Origin: an uncultured Chloroflexia bacterium
Lineage (GTDB): Bacteria; Chloroflexota; Limnocylindria; QHBO01
Assembly (NCBI GenBank): GCA_963825525.1
Contig: CAWGTN010000002.1
Location: 64,001 to 128,000, forward strand
DNA: 64,000 nucleotides
Direction of reading: 5' to 3'
Part shown: positions 32,851 through 43,215 of the stretch, one piece after another
Layout: the number at the start of each line of letters is the position of its first letter
Numbering within the stretch: position 1 is the first letter of the stretch
Program-made: the position numbers and the translations under genes
The notes under the pieces: model-generated
What the model saw: only the letters and a program-made list of their open reading frames with translations
The model's database searches: none
Told to the model about the DNA's origin: nothing

Positions 32851-33441
32851 ATGAATAGGCCAAAGCGTGGGTACCGGCTCGGCAAGCGTGCCGAGCGGGT
32901 CCAGCACACTCGGCGAACCATCCTGGAAGCCACGATTGCCGCCCACGACGAGCTCGGGATCACCGGAGCGTCTCTCCGGCACATCGCGGAGCGCGCCGGC
33001 GTCGCGCCGTCGACGATCCTGCAGCACTTCCCGGATCGCGATGAGCTGATCCGCGCCTGCGGCGAGCTGAGCGACGCGCTCCTGCCTATGCCGACCAGCG
33101 CCGCCTTTGCCGAACTCGAGGAGGAAGTGGAGCGCATCGCCCGAATGGCGTCGGCGCTCTTCGCGTGGTGGGACGCCCTCGGCCACGGATTCGATCGCCT
33201 CCGAACCGATCGCCGCGCGCTTCCCGCAGTCGACGCCTGGTTCGAGGAGGTCGATCGCCGGCATCGGGAGCTTGCCCAATCGGCGATGCCGGGAGCCGTC
33301 GCCAACCGGGTCGTGATGCTCGTTGCGCTCACCACCCCCGACGCATGGAATGCACTGCGCACATCCGGGTTGGACGCCGTCGCTGCCGGGCGCTCGGTTG
33401 CGCAGCTCATCGGGCATCAGGCCCGCACACGCCTTCAGTGA
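32851..33441 (+). CDS. TetR/AcrR family transcriptional regulator
   Basis: TRRTILEA...SLRHIAERAGVAPSTILQHFPDR. Confidence 0.92.
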   Translation: MNRPKRGYRLGKRAERVQHTRRTILEATIAAHDELGITGASLRHIAERAGVAPSTILQHFPDRDELIRACGELSDALLPMPTSAAFAELEEEVERIARMASALFAWWDALGHGFDRLRTDRRALPAVDAWFEEVDRRHRELAQSAMPGAVANRVVMLVALTTPDAWNALRTSGLDAVAAGRSVAQLIGHQARTRLQ

Positions 33442-33456
33442 GAGAGGAACACCAAG

Positions 33457-33927
33457 ATGGACCTTTTCGTAGCGTTCAAGTACCTGCACATCGCGTCGAT
33501 GTTCTTTGCCGTGGCACTCGCTGTCAGCGGTGAGCTGGTGTTGCGCGCCGTGGCCAACTCCGGCGAGGTCGTCGCAATCCGGACGGTCACCGCTCGGGTG
33601 CGGCCCCTCGCCAACATCTCGACAGGTCTCTTCCTGGCGGGCGTGGCGTTCGGGATCGTGGCGGCCCTGACCGGTCAGATCGACCTGCTGGCCACCTGGC
33701 TGATCCTCGCCTACGTCGCGTTCGTCGGGGCCATGGCCCTCGGCATCACCATCAGCGACCCGTGGGTCGGCCGGCTCGAGCGAGCGGCAGCTGACAGCCC
33801 GGACGACGCGCCGTCGGATGCCCTGCGCGAGGTCATCGCCGATCCGCTGGCACGCGCGGCCACATGGACGCTCATGGTCCTTGTCGCTGTTCTCGTGTTT
33901 GTGATGGTCGTGAAGCCCTTCGCCTAA
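33457..33927 (+). CDS. DUF2269-like membrane protein
   Basis: FKYLHIAS N-terminus and VMVVKPF C-terminus, 4 TM helices. Confidence 0.8.
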   Translation: MDLFVAFKYLHIASMFFAVALAVSGELVLRAVANSGEVVAIRTVTARVRPLANISTGLFLAGVAFGIVAALTGQIDLLATWLILAYVAFVGAMALGITISDPWVGRLERAAADSPDDAPSDALREVIADPLARAATWTLMVLVAVLVFVMVVKPFA

Positions 33928-34349
33928 TCCCCGGATCGGCCGTGTCCCTTTTCCTGGACCAGCCATCCGTTGCCGTCAGGGTCGGAGAAGGACACGTAGG
34001 TGCCGAAGTCGATGCGCTCCGGATGGATCCCGGGCGCCTGCCCCTGGTCGCCGAAGTGGTATGGATCGCTGACGTCGACCCCGGCGGCTACGAGCTGCGC
34101 GTGGGCGGCTTCGACATCGGTGACACACAGGTGCAGGCCACCGTACTGGCCGGGCTGTGCCGGAATCTGCATCCCGATGCCGAACGTGATGGAGCACGCG
34201 GACCCCGGCGGGGTCGTCTGAACGACACGAAATGACTCGCTCGGATGATGGTCCACGTCCTCGTGAAATCCGAGCTTGTCGACGTAGAACTCCTTGGCGC
34301 GGTCGACATCCGACACCGGAATGACGATCGTCTCGAGTTTCCAGTCCAT
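33924..34349 (-). CDS. VOC/glyoxalase family protein
   Basis: IPVSDVDRAKEFY, VVQTTPPGSACSI, FSDPDGNGWLVQE. Confidence 0.92.
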   Translation of the reverse strand: MDWKLETIVIPVSDVDRAKEFYVDKLGFHEDVDHHPSESFRVVQTTPPGSACSITFGIGMQIPAQPGQYGGLHLCVTDVEAAHAQLVAAGVDVSDPYHFGDQGQAPGIHPERIDFGTYVSFSDPDGNGWLVQEKGHGRSGD

Positions 34350-34487
34350 CGGTTGCTCCTTCGGTTCAGATCGAGTCGGCTGGATGACTGCGTTGAGGCA
34401 GAAGGCGCATCATGATGTGTAACGCGCCGGCGCGGGGGAGCGGAAGCACCGCAGCTCGCTGCGCACGAGCAGACAGCGGAGGACGCC

Positions 34488-35912
34488 ATGGCGACACTGC
34501 AGATCGCGCGCCTGTCAGGGGGTGCGAGGGAGATCGAACAAGCATCGCTCGATGAGCTGGCCACCTCGCTCGACGGAAGCGTGCTGCTAGCCGACGACGA
34601 CGGCTATGCGGAGGCCATCGCCCTTTGGAACGGCATGATCAAGAAGCGACCGGCGCTCGTCATCCGTGCGGGGTCTACCCACGATGCCGTCACGGTGGTC
34701 AACTTCGCCCGGGACAACGACCTCGAACTCTCGATCAAGGGCGGCGGACACAACATCGCCGGGCTTGCGCTGTCGGACGGTGGCGTCACGCTCGACATGT
34801 CGGCGCTGAAGGATGTTGTCGTTGACGTCGAGGGTCGTACGGCGCGGGTTGCTCCCGGCTGCACACTCGGCGACGTCGATCGGGCAACGCAGGAGCACGG
34901 CCTGGTCACGACCCTCGGGTTCGTCTCCGCGACCGGCGCCGCCGGACTGACGCTCGGCGGCGGGTTCGGCTACCTGAGCCGGCAGTTCGGCTGGTCCGTG
35001 GACGACCTCATCGAGGTCGAGATCGTGACGGCCGATGGAACCACTCGGCGAGCCTCGCGAACGGAGAACGCCGAACTGTTCTGGGCACTGCGCGGCGGTG
35101 GCGGCAACTTCGGCGTGGTGACCGAGTTCATCTTCCAGCTGCACGAGATCGGTCCACAGGTGACCGGCGGAATCATCGCCTGGCCGGCAGCACGGGCCTC
35201 CGAGGTCCTCGAGGCCTACAGAACCGCGACGGCGACGGCACCGCGCGAGCTGACGCTCGTCGTCCTGCGGCGCAACGCGCCGCCCGCGCCGTGGCTGCCC
35301 GAATCGGCTCACGGCAAGCCGATGGTCGCCATCGTCGCCTGCCACGCGGGCACGCCGGAGCAGGCCGAATCCGATCTGGCACCGCTGCGCGCACTTGGCG
35401 ACCCCCTGGCGGACATCATCCAGGCCCGTGAATACGTCCAGCTGCAGTCGATGCTCGACGCCACCCAACCGAAGGGCATGCACTTCTACTGGAAGTCGGA
35501 GTTCGTCTCGGAGCTGACCGACGAGCTTCTCGCGACGTATCACGCCCAGTTCGAGGGGCTCGACGCGCCCGCGAACCAGATCGTGCTGTTCCATGTCGCC
35601 GGTGCGCTCAACGAGCGCCCCGAGAACGACGGAGCGATCGGAAACCGGGATGCCGCCTACGCCTGCGTGATCCAGGCCATGTGGGCCCCCGACTCGCCGG
35701 CGGGAGAGGCGAATCGCAACTGGGTGCGCTCCGCATGGCAGGCGCTCAAGTCCTACTCCACCGGTGGCAACTACGTGAACTTCCAGACCGATGACGAGCC
35801 GACCGAGCGGACGGCCGAGTCCTACCGCGGCAACCTCGATCGTCTGCGGGCCGTGAAGGCACGCTACGACCCGGACAACCTGTTCCGCGTGAACCGCAAC
35901 ATCCAGGCCTAG
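34488..35912 (+). CDS. FAD-binding oxidoreductase (berberine-bridge-enzyme-like)
   Basis: IKGGGHN, GLTLGGG.G, LFWALRGGGGNFGVVT, YVNF, KARYDPDNLFR.N.NI. Confidence 0.94.
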   Translation: MATLQIARLSGGAREIEQASLDELATSLDGSVLLADDDGYAEAIALWNGMIKKRPALVIRAGSTHDAVTVVNFARDNDLELSIKGGGHNIAGLALSDGGVTLDMSALKDVVVDVEGRTARVAPGCTLGDVDRATQEHGLVTTLGFVSATGAAGLTLGGGFGYLSRQFGWSVDDLIEVEIVTADGTTRRASRTENAELFWALRGGGGNFGVVTEFIFQLHEIGPQVTGGIIAWPAARASEVLEAYRTATATAPRELTLVVLRRNAPPAPWLPESAHGKPMVAIVACHAGTPEQAESDLAPLRALGDPLADIIQAREYVQLQSMLDATQPKGMHFYWKSEFVSELTDELLATYHAQFEGLDAPANQIVLFHVAGALNERPENDGAIGNRDAAYACVIQAMWAPDSPAGEANRNWVRSAWQALKSYSTGGNYVNFQTDDEPTERTAESYRGNLDRLRAVKARYDPDNLFRVNRNIQA

Positions 35913-35928
35913 CGCACGCACGATGCGC

Positions 35929-35960
35929 CGATGAGAATCGGACCGCCGTGTCGTCAGATA
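35929..35960 (+). promoter_or_regulatory. Putative ECF sigma promoter CGATGA-N18-GTC
   Basis: Same motif recurs at 39744-39770(-), 40875-40901(-) and 61883-61908(+). Confidence 0.55.
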
Positions 35961-36022
35961 CGCGTGCCTGCCACGAGGATGAATTCCATCATCAATGGCA
36001 TCGGCCGCACTTGGGAGACAGC

Positions 36023-36376
36023 ATGAACCTCAACAGCATTCTCATCGGGTCGGAGGACCCGCAGCGCCTGGTCGAGTACTACACCCGGCTGTTCGGCGAT
36101 CCAGCCTGGGCCGATGGGGGCTACACCGGGTGGCAGATCGGCACTGGCTCAGTGACGGTTGGCGCGCACTCCGAGGTGAGCGGAAAGAACGCTACTCCCG
36201 GACGCGTGATCTGGAACATCGAGAGCGCCGATGTTCAGGGCGATTTCGATCGGCTGAAGGCCGCCGGTGCGATCATCGTTCGTGAGCCGTACGGGATGGG
36301 CGAGCAGCCCGAGGCGTCCATCGCGACACTCGCCGACCCGGACGACAACTACTTCCAGCTCCTCAGCCCGATGTAG
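36023..36376 (+). CDS. VOC/glyoxalase family protein
   Basis: GGGAG RBS; ILIGSEDPQRLVEYY...LADPDDNYFQL. Confidence 0.88.
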   Translation: MNLNSILIGSEDPQRLVEYYTRLFGDPAWADGGYTGWQIGTGSVTVGAHSEVSGKNATPGRVIWNIESADVQGDFDRLKAAGAIIVREPYGMGEQPEASIATLADPDDNYFQLLSPM

Positions 36377-36402
36377 CCTGAACCAACTCAGCAGGAGGTG
36401 TG

Positions 36403-36750
36403 ATGGCCGGCCCCGATGACATCGATCCCAGCGTGCCGCCAAGCGGTACCGGGTGCGTGGAATGCCTGGCCAGCGGCGGATGGTGGTTCCACCTCCGGCG
36501 ATGCGCCCGCTGCGGGCATATCGGATGCTGTGATTCCTCCCCGTCGCAGCACGCGCGGCACCACGCGGCGGAGGAAGGCCACCCGATCGTCCAGAGCTTC
36601 GAGCCCGGTGAAGACTGGTTCTACGACTTCGTCGACGATGTCGACGCGCAGGGCCCGAAGCTGGCGCCCCCGCGCGAATATCCGCCCGATCAGCCCTCGC
36701 CCGGGCCAGCCGGGCTGGTTCCCGACGACTGGGAGAGCCTCCTGAACTGA
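36403..36750 (+). CDS. UBP-type zinc finger protein
   Basis: CVECL...HLRRCARCGHIGCCDSSPSQHARHH...QSFEPGEDWFY. Confidence 0.92.
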   Translation: MAGPDDIDPSVPPSGTGCVECLASGGWWFHLRRCARCGHIGCCDSSPSQHARHHAAEEGHPIVQSFEPGEDWFYDFVDDVDAQGPKLAPPREYPPDQPSPGPAGLVPDDWESLLN

Positions 36751-36756
36751 CCCTCG

Positions 36757-37347
36757 TCAGCTGCGGAGGTCGAGCCGCATCAGGAGACGTGGAAGTCGGG
36801 CGCTGTGGGCGTCCGTGGTTGCAACGTGCCTGAATCCTGCGGCCTCGAACATCGAGGCGAATCCCACAAACCCCAGCGTCGCGTCCACGCGCTTCCCGGC
36901 CGGATCGATCGGATACGCCTCGACTCCGGGAGCTCCCGCCTTGCGAGCCGCGCCGACGACGCCCGCCAGGAGTGCTCTCGCGACACCCTGGCGCCGAAAT
37001 CCCGGCCGAATTCGGAAGCAGCCGATCGACCAGACAGGCAGGTCGTCGATCTTCGGAATGGTTCGCGAGTTCGCCAATCGCGGCATCTCACTACGGACGC
37101 CGATGCCGATCCAGCCGACCGGCTCGTCACCGAGATAGGCGAGGTAGCCGGGTGGTGGGGGACCACCTCGCATCTGATCGCGGAGCAGCTCGGGTCGCGA
37201 CTTCCCGCCGGAGAGCCGCTTCGCATCCAGACCGCGCCACGGCTGACACCAGCACCCGACTTCACCGCTTCCGTCGAGGACCGTGCGGACGTCCTCCCAT
37301 CGCGCCAGCGTTGCCGGCACCACCTTGGGCGCGTCTGTGGGGCTCAT
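36757..37347 (-). CDS. GNAT family N-acetyltransferase
   Basis: CWC, EPVGW, WSIGCF..FRRQGVA, VEAYP. Confidence 0.9.
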   Translation of the reverse strand: MSPTDAPKVVPATLARWEDVRTVLDGSGEVGCWCQPWRGLDAKRLSGGKSRPELLRDQMRGGPPPPGYLAYLGDEPVGWIGIGVRSEMPRLANSRTIPKIDDLPVWSIGCFRIRPGFRRQGVARALLAGVVGAARKAGAPGVEAYPIDPAGKRVDATLGFVGFASMFEAAGFRHVATTDAHSARLPRLLMRLDLRS

Positions 37348-37439
37348 GGTGTGACGATACGGCAGACGACATGCCGCGTACGCCACTTCTCTGGGGCTCG
37401 TCCCGCGACTCGCGCCGCGTGACCGTGCACAATCGGTGC

Positions 37440-37847
37440 ATGGAGCTCCTGGGCCTCGTCCTCGTCTTCGTCCCGTCAGTGGCACTCGGGACCGTCCTCA
37501 TCCGAGCCGGAATGAGCGCCACGGCGGTGGCCGCCGGCATCTGGCTGATCTCCGCGGCTCTCCTGGCCATCATCGGGGCCGCGGCCGCGTCGCTGGGCAT
37601 CCCGGCCTACGTGCTCCTCTGGCCCGCGGCCCTTGGATCGGCCGGGGTGGCGGGCTGGCTGATCGTGAGTCCCGATGACACCGCTGCCTGGGTCTCGCTC
37701 CTCGGCTCGATCGTGGTCCTGGCGCTGGCCGTCATCGGCGTGCTGACCTCGTCGCCCGAATTCCACCCGGGACTCTGGATCCTTGCCGGATTCGCCGGCG
37801 CGAGCCTCTACTTCTCCGATGCCCACCTGAGGGCGGTCGGTCGGTAG
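37440..37847 (+). CDS. Small hydrophobic membrane protein
   Basis: About 5 hydrophobic segments; CACAAT lies 6 nt before the ATG. Confidence 0.65.
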   Translation: MELLGLVLVFVPSVALGTVLIRAGMSATAVAAGIWLISAALLAIIGAAAASLGIPAYVLLWPAALGSAGVAGWLIVSPDDTAAWVSLLGSIVVLALAVIGVLTSSPEFHPGLWILAGFAGASLYFSDAHLRAVGR

Positions 37848-37854
37848 GCGCAGC

Positions 37855-38697
37855 CTATCGGCGTACTGCCTCGCGAAGCCAGCCGAGTGCGTCAGGCGCG
37901 GACTCCAGCACGGAGATGTGGCCCGCGTCCGGCACGACGCGCAGCTCGGCGCCACTGATCCGATGCGAGAGCCACTCCGCGTGAGCCACCGGCGCGATCC
38001 GATCCGCCGATCCGTGGAGGAAGAGGCAGGGCGCGCTGATCGTCGCCGGATCGAATCCCCACGGCGTGACATACGCGAGGTCATCGTCGATGAGCCCGCC
38101 CGGCCCGTTCTCGAGCGCCGGCCGCACCACCTTCATGAACCACGACCATTCACCTTCCAGCGCCGTGATGTCGGCGGCGACGAATCCGGGATCTGACTCG
38201 GTGGCATTGGCCTCGTGGAGCTCCTTCGCCTCGCGCCCCTGGGCCGCGGCGCGCAGCGTGGCGACGCCGGCCGGACTCATGCCGTCGAACCAGTCGAGGT
38301 CCGCGGCATCGAATGGGGCGAGCGTTGCGACGGCGACCGCGGCCTGGACCCGCTCCGGAAGGAGGCCCGCGCAGGCAAGCGCGTGGACCGAACCGCCCGA
38401 GTGGCCCATCACGGCGAAGCGATCGATGCCCAGTGCGTCGGCAATGGCGGCAACGTCAGTGGCCGCGGAGCCGACGGTGCGTCCGGGATGCGGATCGGAG
38501 CCGCCATACCCCGGGCGGTCGTAGCCGATCCAGCGGATCCCGAGCCGCTCGGAGGTGGGGAACAGCGGTTCCGGTGGTAGGCCGATATTCGGGGTTCCGT
38601 GGTGCCAGATGACGACCGCCTCGTCCGTTCCGCGGGCTCCTGTGTCGTGGGCGCGGAGCGTCCTGCCGTCTGGCAGCTGAATGTCGAGGCTGTTCAT
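37855..38697 (-). CDS. Alpha/beta hydrolase
   Basis: HHGTP, YDRPGYGGS, GHSGG, HGSADRIAP, AGHIS. Confidence 0.92.
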   Translation of the reverse strand: MNSLDIQLPDGRTLRAHDTGARGTDEAVVIWHHGTPNIGLPPEPLFPTSERLGIRWIGYDRPGYGGSDPHPGRTVGSAATDVAAIADALGIDRFAVMGHSGGSVHALACAGLLPERVQAAVAVATLAPFDAADLDWFDGMSPAGVATLRAAAQGREAKELHEANATESDPGFVAADITALEGEWSWFMKVVRPALENGPGGLIDDDLAYVTPWGFDPATISAPCLFLHGSADRIAPVAHAEWLSHRISGAELRVVPDAGHISVLESAPDALGWLREAVRR

Positions 38698-38741
38698 TGG
38701 ATTGCCTTTCAATGCGGGGAGTCATGGGTCGATTTCGGCCG

Positions 38742-39095
38742 TCAGCCCTTGTCGATCACGCAGAAGCGGTTGCCCTCGGGATCGGCGAGGATCACGAAGT
38801 CGGCGTCGTCCGGTCGTCGCGGCCAGTCGACCTCGGTCGCGCCGAGGCCCAGGAGCCGCTGCACCTCCGCTGCCTGGTCATCGGCGTAGAGGTCAAGGTG
38901 GATCTTCGGCGGTATCTGGACCGGCGTGGGCCAGTGATCCAGTGAGACGTTGGGACCGCTGCCCGTGCGGGGACGGAGGAGGGCAAACGTGTCGTCGTCG
39001 CCTTCACGAGGGATGTAGTCCAGCGCCGCCGTCCAGAAGGCTTTCTGCTTCTCCAGGTCCTCGACCCGGATCACGATAGAGCCGATGCTGATCAT
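38742..39095 (-). CDS. VOC/glyoxalase family protein
   Basis: IHLDL, LADPEGNRFCVI; TAGGGT lies 7 nt before the ATG. Confidence 0.9.
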   Translation of the reverse strand: MISIGSIVIRVEDLEKQKAFWTAALDYIPREGDDDTFALLRPRTGSGPNVSLDHWPTPVQIPPKIHLDLYADDQAAEVQRLLGLGATEVDWPRRPDDADFVILADPEGNRFCVIDKG

Positions 39096-39348
39096 GGATA
39101 TGACCCTAGCGTGATCGGTGCCACGGTGCACCCCGGCCAGGATCGGGAATCGGTGGTCGGGTGGACAACTGCTCTCCTGGTTCGCATTAGCGGGCCGCAA
39201 GGGCCGATTCAGCTGGATGTCACGCTCAGAACACGGCCGGAGGCGCCCGCTGGGCCGGCTAACGCGAACCAGGCGAGCGGTTGGCAGGACGGGAGTCGCC
39301 GCGTCTCGCAAGCCGGGAGTGCCGCTCGTCACCGGCGGCGGGAGGCCG

Positions 39349-39720
39349 CTACTCGGTCTGAATCAGCGAGAGGATGTTGCCGGCCGGGTCCTTGAACCAG
39401 GCGATGGGCGGGCCGTACTCGCGCGCAATGCCTCGCTCGTCCTGGCCGGCGCCGTCGTATTGCTCGAAGGTGACGCCGCGGCCGGCCAGGTCATCGACGG
39501 CCTCATCGATGTCCGGGACTTCGAAATTCAGGACGGTGAATGTTGCCGGCGCGTGGTCATCCTTCGGGTAGACGATGACTCGCTGGCCACCGGCGAGGTC
39601 GAGGTTGAGCATGCCCATCTCCTCGCTGACGGTGAGCCCGAGCGTCTCGGCATAGAAGGCCTTCGCCTTGGCGATGTCGTCCGCCGAGAATCCCGAAAAC
39701 GCCGTTCGCTGCTTCAACAT
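39349..39720 (-). CDS. VOC/glyoxalase family protein
   Basis: [37 protein letters not shown]. Confidence 0.92.
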   Translation of the reverse strand: MLKQRTAFSGFSADDIAKAKAFYAETLGLTVSEEMGMLNLDLAGGQRVIVYPKDDHAPATFTVLNFEVPDIDEAVDDLAGRGVTFEQYDGAGQDERGIAREYGPPIAWFKDPAGNILSLIQTE

Positions 39721-39983
39721 GGATGGTCTCCTCTCGATGGTATGACCGATCGCGACCCCGATTCTGATCGGTCGAAGCTCACCGCGGGTTGCGGTTGAGA
39801 TCTCTGTGCGATGGAGGCCGACCCACGTGGCAGGCGAGTTCCTGCCAGATTCAGATGGGGTGCGCGCGGATCGGGCCAATCGGGCTGCTTTTCGCCAGGG
39901 TGCGGCTCCCAGCCTGCAGGTGACCGACATTGACTATCGGCAGCCGCATCCGTGCGTCTGTCGCATGAATGTGGCGAAGAATG

Positions 39984-40829
39984 TCAGTAGCCAACCTCGA
40001 CCGCCGCACGGGCCTCCAGGAAGTCCAGGACCACGGCCGCGAACAGTGGCGAGACGAACGCGTTGTAGTGGGTCAACCCGGGCAGGACCGCCAGCGCGTG
40101 GCCCCCGGCCGGGCGTCCTTCTCCCATCCAGCCGCCGTCGCGGAGCCCGCCGTCGAGCAGCTTGAAGATCTCGACGTAGTGCGAGGGCGGCGCCATGTCG
40201 GCATCCGCGCACACGATCAGGGTCGGCATCGTGAGGGCGCGGACCTCGTCGGAATAGTCAAAGTCGCCCTTCATCATCGCGCCGACCTTGTCGAGCAGGC
40301 GACCGAAGTCCTCGGGACGCGGCGCGACCTGCTGGTAGAGCTGGTACATCGGCGTGTCCTTCATGAACTCAGCGGCGGCCGCGCTGACCTGGGCCTGCTG
40401 CTCGAGCATCTCGGCCGGGATGGCGTCCCGCGTGATGTTCGCCGATGCGGCGACCAGCCTGCGGACCTTGTCCGGGTGCCGGAAGGCGACCTGCATCGCC
40501 ACACCGCCGCCCATCGAGTAGCCCACGACATCGGGGGTGTCGAGGTCCAGGTGGTCAATGAGCGCGGCGACATCATCGGCCATGAGCCCGAGGTCCAACG
40601 GCCGATCGATATCCGCCGTGCGGCCGTGTCCCTGGAGGTCGACCGCGATCACCTGGTGGTGCTCGGTCAGCGCGGGGAGGATCGGGCCGAACATCTCGCC
40701 GGAACCGAGCCCGCCGTGCAGGAGGATCATGGGCCGGCCGCTGCCGTGGGTCTCGTAGTACAGGTTGATGCCGTTGACGTCGGCGTACGCGCCGATGCCC
40801 TTCGTCGCGGTCGTCCATTCGGTGGTCAT
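39984..40829 (-). CDS. Alpha/beta hydrolase
   Basis: LLHGG, DLQGHGRT, GYSMGG, PGLTHY. Confidence 0.92.
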   Translation of the reverse strand: MTTEWTTATKGIGAYADVNGINLYYETHGSGRPMILLHGGLGSGEMFGPILPALTEHHQVIAVDLQGHGRTADIDRPLDLGLMADDVAALIDHLDLDTPDVVGYSMGGGVAMQVAFRHPDKVRRLVAASANITRDAIPAEMLEQQAQVSAAAAEFMKDTPMYQLYQQVAPRPEDFGRLLDKVGAMMKGDFDYSDEVRALTMPTLIVCADADMAPPSHYVEIFKLLDGGLRDGGWMGEGRPAGGHALAVLPGLTHYNAFVSPLFAAVVLDFLEARAAVEVGY

Positions 40830-41112
40830 GGCGGGGTTCCTCGCTTCGTGTGTTCAGGTCACGTCTCCCGTTCAGACGAGTCCGTTCCGTGAAACTCATC
40901 GGCAACGACGTCGTCACCCGTGCGTCCTGGCGACCCTAGGTGAGTCGATCGCCACATACGCGGCGCTGCGGCATAGGTTTACTAAGAATCGGACGACCGC
41001 ATCGGCGCCTAATGTCGTCAGGATGAGCAGGTGGTGATTTCGCTAATGGACCGTCGCGACCGCAGCCGCCGATACTGGCGCCTGAGTTCTCGTAGCCTGT
41101 ACTGGTGGGACG

Positions 41113-41946
41113 ATGCCCAAGAACGAAGCGACTGACGCCGTGACCCGCGTCTGCGTGGCCGGCGCCACCGGATGGGTGGGCAGCGTTCTCGTCCCCGCCA
41201 TCGCCGCGGCCGACGATCTCGCCCTGGGCTCCGCCGTGGCGCGGTCGGTCGCGGGGCAGGACATCGGGACGGTGTTGGGCGGCGAGCCGTTGGGAGTCAT
41301 CGTGACCGCCTCCGTCGCCGATGCGATCGAGGGAGTCGACGTCCTCGTCGACTACACCGCGCACGATGCCGTCAAGGCCAATGCTCTCGCGGCTCTCGAG
41401 CAGGGCGTTGCCGTCGTGATTGGCTCATCGGGCTTAAGCGCCGACGACTTCGCCGAGATCGAAGCGGCGGCCCGCGATGCCGGAGTGGGCGTGATCGCTG
41501 CGGGTAACTTCTCGATCACGGCTGCCATGGCGCAGGCCGCCGCGCTGCTGGTCGCCCCTCACCTGCCCCACGCCGAGATCATCGACTACGCGAGCGCCGG
41601 AAAGGCCGATGCGCCGAGCGGCACGGCCCGAGAGCTTGCCGAGCGGCTGGCTGCCGTGCGCCCCACCCGGTATGACCTGCCTGTCGGCGAGACGAAGGGA
41701 GCGCTCGATGCCAGGGGCGCCGACGTGGCTGGGACGCAGGTCCACTCGCTCCGCCTGCCGAGCTTTTCGGTCTCGACGGAGATCGTCTTCGGTCTGCGCG
41801 ATGAGCGCCTGAGCATCCGCCACGATGCCGGCTCATCGGCTGAGCCGTACGTTGCCGGCACGTTGCTGGCGATTCGGCGTGTCGGGGATGTCGTGGGTCT
41901 CGTTCGGGGCCTTGACACGCTCCTCCTGCGGCCGGCCGGCGGCTAG
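41113..41946 (+). CDS. dapB: 4-hydroxy-tetrahydrodipicolinate reductase
   Basis: AGATGWVG, LVDYT, VIGSSG, GNFS, KADAPSGTA, HSLRLP, IRHDA. Confidence 0.88.
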   Translation: MPKNEATDAVTRVCVAGATGWVGSVLVPAIAAADDLALGSAVARSVAGQDIGTVLGGEPLGVIVTASVADAIEGVDVLVDYTAHDAVKANALAALEQGVAVVIGSSGLSADDFAEIEAAARDAGVGVIAAGNFSITAAMAQAAALLVAPHLPHAEIIDYASAGKADAPSGTARELAERLAAVRPTRYDLPVGETKGALDARGADVAGTQVHSLRLPSFSVSTEIVFGLRDERLSIRHDAGSSAEPYVAGTLLAIRRVGDVVGLVRGLDTLLLRPAGG

Positions 41947-42452
41947 GAGCCCGCGGCCCTCTCAGCCCGCTCTCTGCCGGCGGCCCGCGCGTAGGCCCAG
42001 ACGTCGATATCGGGAGGCGTGACGCCGAGCGTCGTGAGGATCGTGCATACCTGGCTTCGGTGGTCGGTGCCGTGATGCGGCACCTGGGCCAGGCGAACGC
42101 CCACCGGCGAGCGCACGGTCCAGTCACCGTCCTGTTCGACGATCTCCTCGTCCGCATCGAGGTCACGTTCCAGCAACGCAAACCACGCCGATCCCATCGC
42201 CATGAATGCGGAACGCAGCTCCGTCACGCCCGTCTCCGCCTCTTCATCGATCGACGTGTGATCGACCGGGAAGAAGGACTGGTACCAGCCCTCGGAGGCC
42301 ACCAGGTGTCGAAGCGTCCCGATGATGGACCCGTGGGTCCCGGGGGCCGACGCTGCGAGCTGCTCGTCCGTGAGCGTGGCGCAGGTCTCGAGAAGCCGAT
42401 CGGTTGCCCAGATGTGATGGGCGAATGCGTCGTGAAGCAGGGAGTGGCTCAC
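41943..42452 (-). CDS. DinB family protein
   Basis: HHIWAT, GTLRHL, HHGTDHRSQ; GTGA coupling. Confidence 0.9.
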   Translation of the reverse strand: MSHSLLHDAFAHHIWATDRLLETCATLTDEQLAASAPGTHGSIIGTLRHLVASEGWYQSFFPVDHTSIDEEAETGVTELRSAFMAMGSAWFALLERDLDADEEIVEQDGDWTVRSPVGVRLAQVPHHGTDHRSQVCTILTTLGVTPPDIDVWAYARAAGRERAERAAGS

Positions 42453-43165
42453 GACGAAGCGGCGTCCCTCGCAACGTTGCCGATGATCTCGGCCAGCTCG
42501 CGCGGCTTCGACCACATCGGCCAATGGCTGGTCGGCAGGTCGATCCAGGTCACGTTGCGCAGCTCGGGGATGCCGGCCAGGAAGGCCCAGTCGGGGTTCT
42601 CGCTGGCGTACGTCTGGTACTGCTCGGCGGTGAATCCGGTGCAGATCATCGTGCTGGGGATGTCCCGCCGCGCGTCGTTGGTGAGCTCGGCACCCTCGCG
42701 CATCATCGCGCCCGGCTCGGGGACTGCTCGCTCGCGGAACGTCGCTTTCTGCTCATCGCTGAGCCCATCGAGGTTCTCGCCCTCTTCGATCTCGGACCAG
42801 ACCATCGGCTTCTCCGCGTTGGCGAATTCGGGATCCAGCGCGCCCTTGCCTGGAGCGGTGTCCACGTAGACCATGGCCGCGATCCGCTCGGGGATGCGGT
42901 CGCTGGCCGCGTAGCCGCTGAACCCTGCCGCGCTGTGCAGAACGAGGACCGAGGGGGAGTCCTTGCTCTCGAGGGCGTCACAGATGGCGTCGACGTGGTC
43001 GGCAAACGTGACGCTCGAGCGATCCGCGTCGGCGGATTCGAGGCCGGGAAGCGTCAGCGCGGTGACGTCGTGGCCATCGCCGCGGAGCGCATCGGCGACT
43101 TCGTCCCATGCCCAGGCGCCGAGCCAGAATCCGGGAACCAGAATGATCGGTGCGGTCGTAGCCAT
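42449..43165 (-). CDS. Alpha/beta hydrolase (Abhydrolase_6)
   Basis: LVPGFWLGAWAW, VLHSAAG, LPTSHWPMWS. Confidence 0.9.
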   Translation of the reverse strand: MATTAPIILVPGFWLGAWAWDEVADALRGDGHDVTALTLPGLESADADRSSVTFADHVDAICDALESKDSPSVLVLHSAAGFSGYAASDRIPERIAAMVYVDTAPGKGALDPEFANAEKPMVWSEIEEGENLDGLSDEQKATFRERAVPEPGAMMREGAELTNDARRDIPSTMICTGFTAEQYQTYASENPDWAFLAGIPELRNVTWIDLPTSHWPMWSKPRELAEIIGNVARDAASS

Positions 43166-43215
43166 GGAGTCTCCCGTTGGTGCTGTTGGGCAGTTTCAGC
43201 GAGTAGGGTAGCGGG

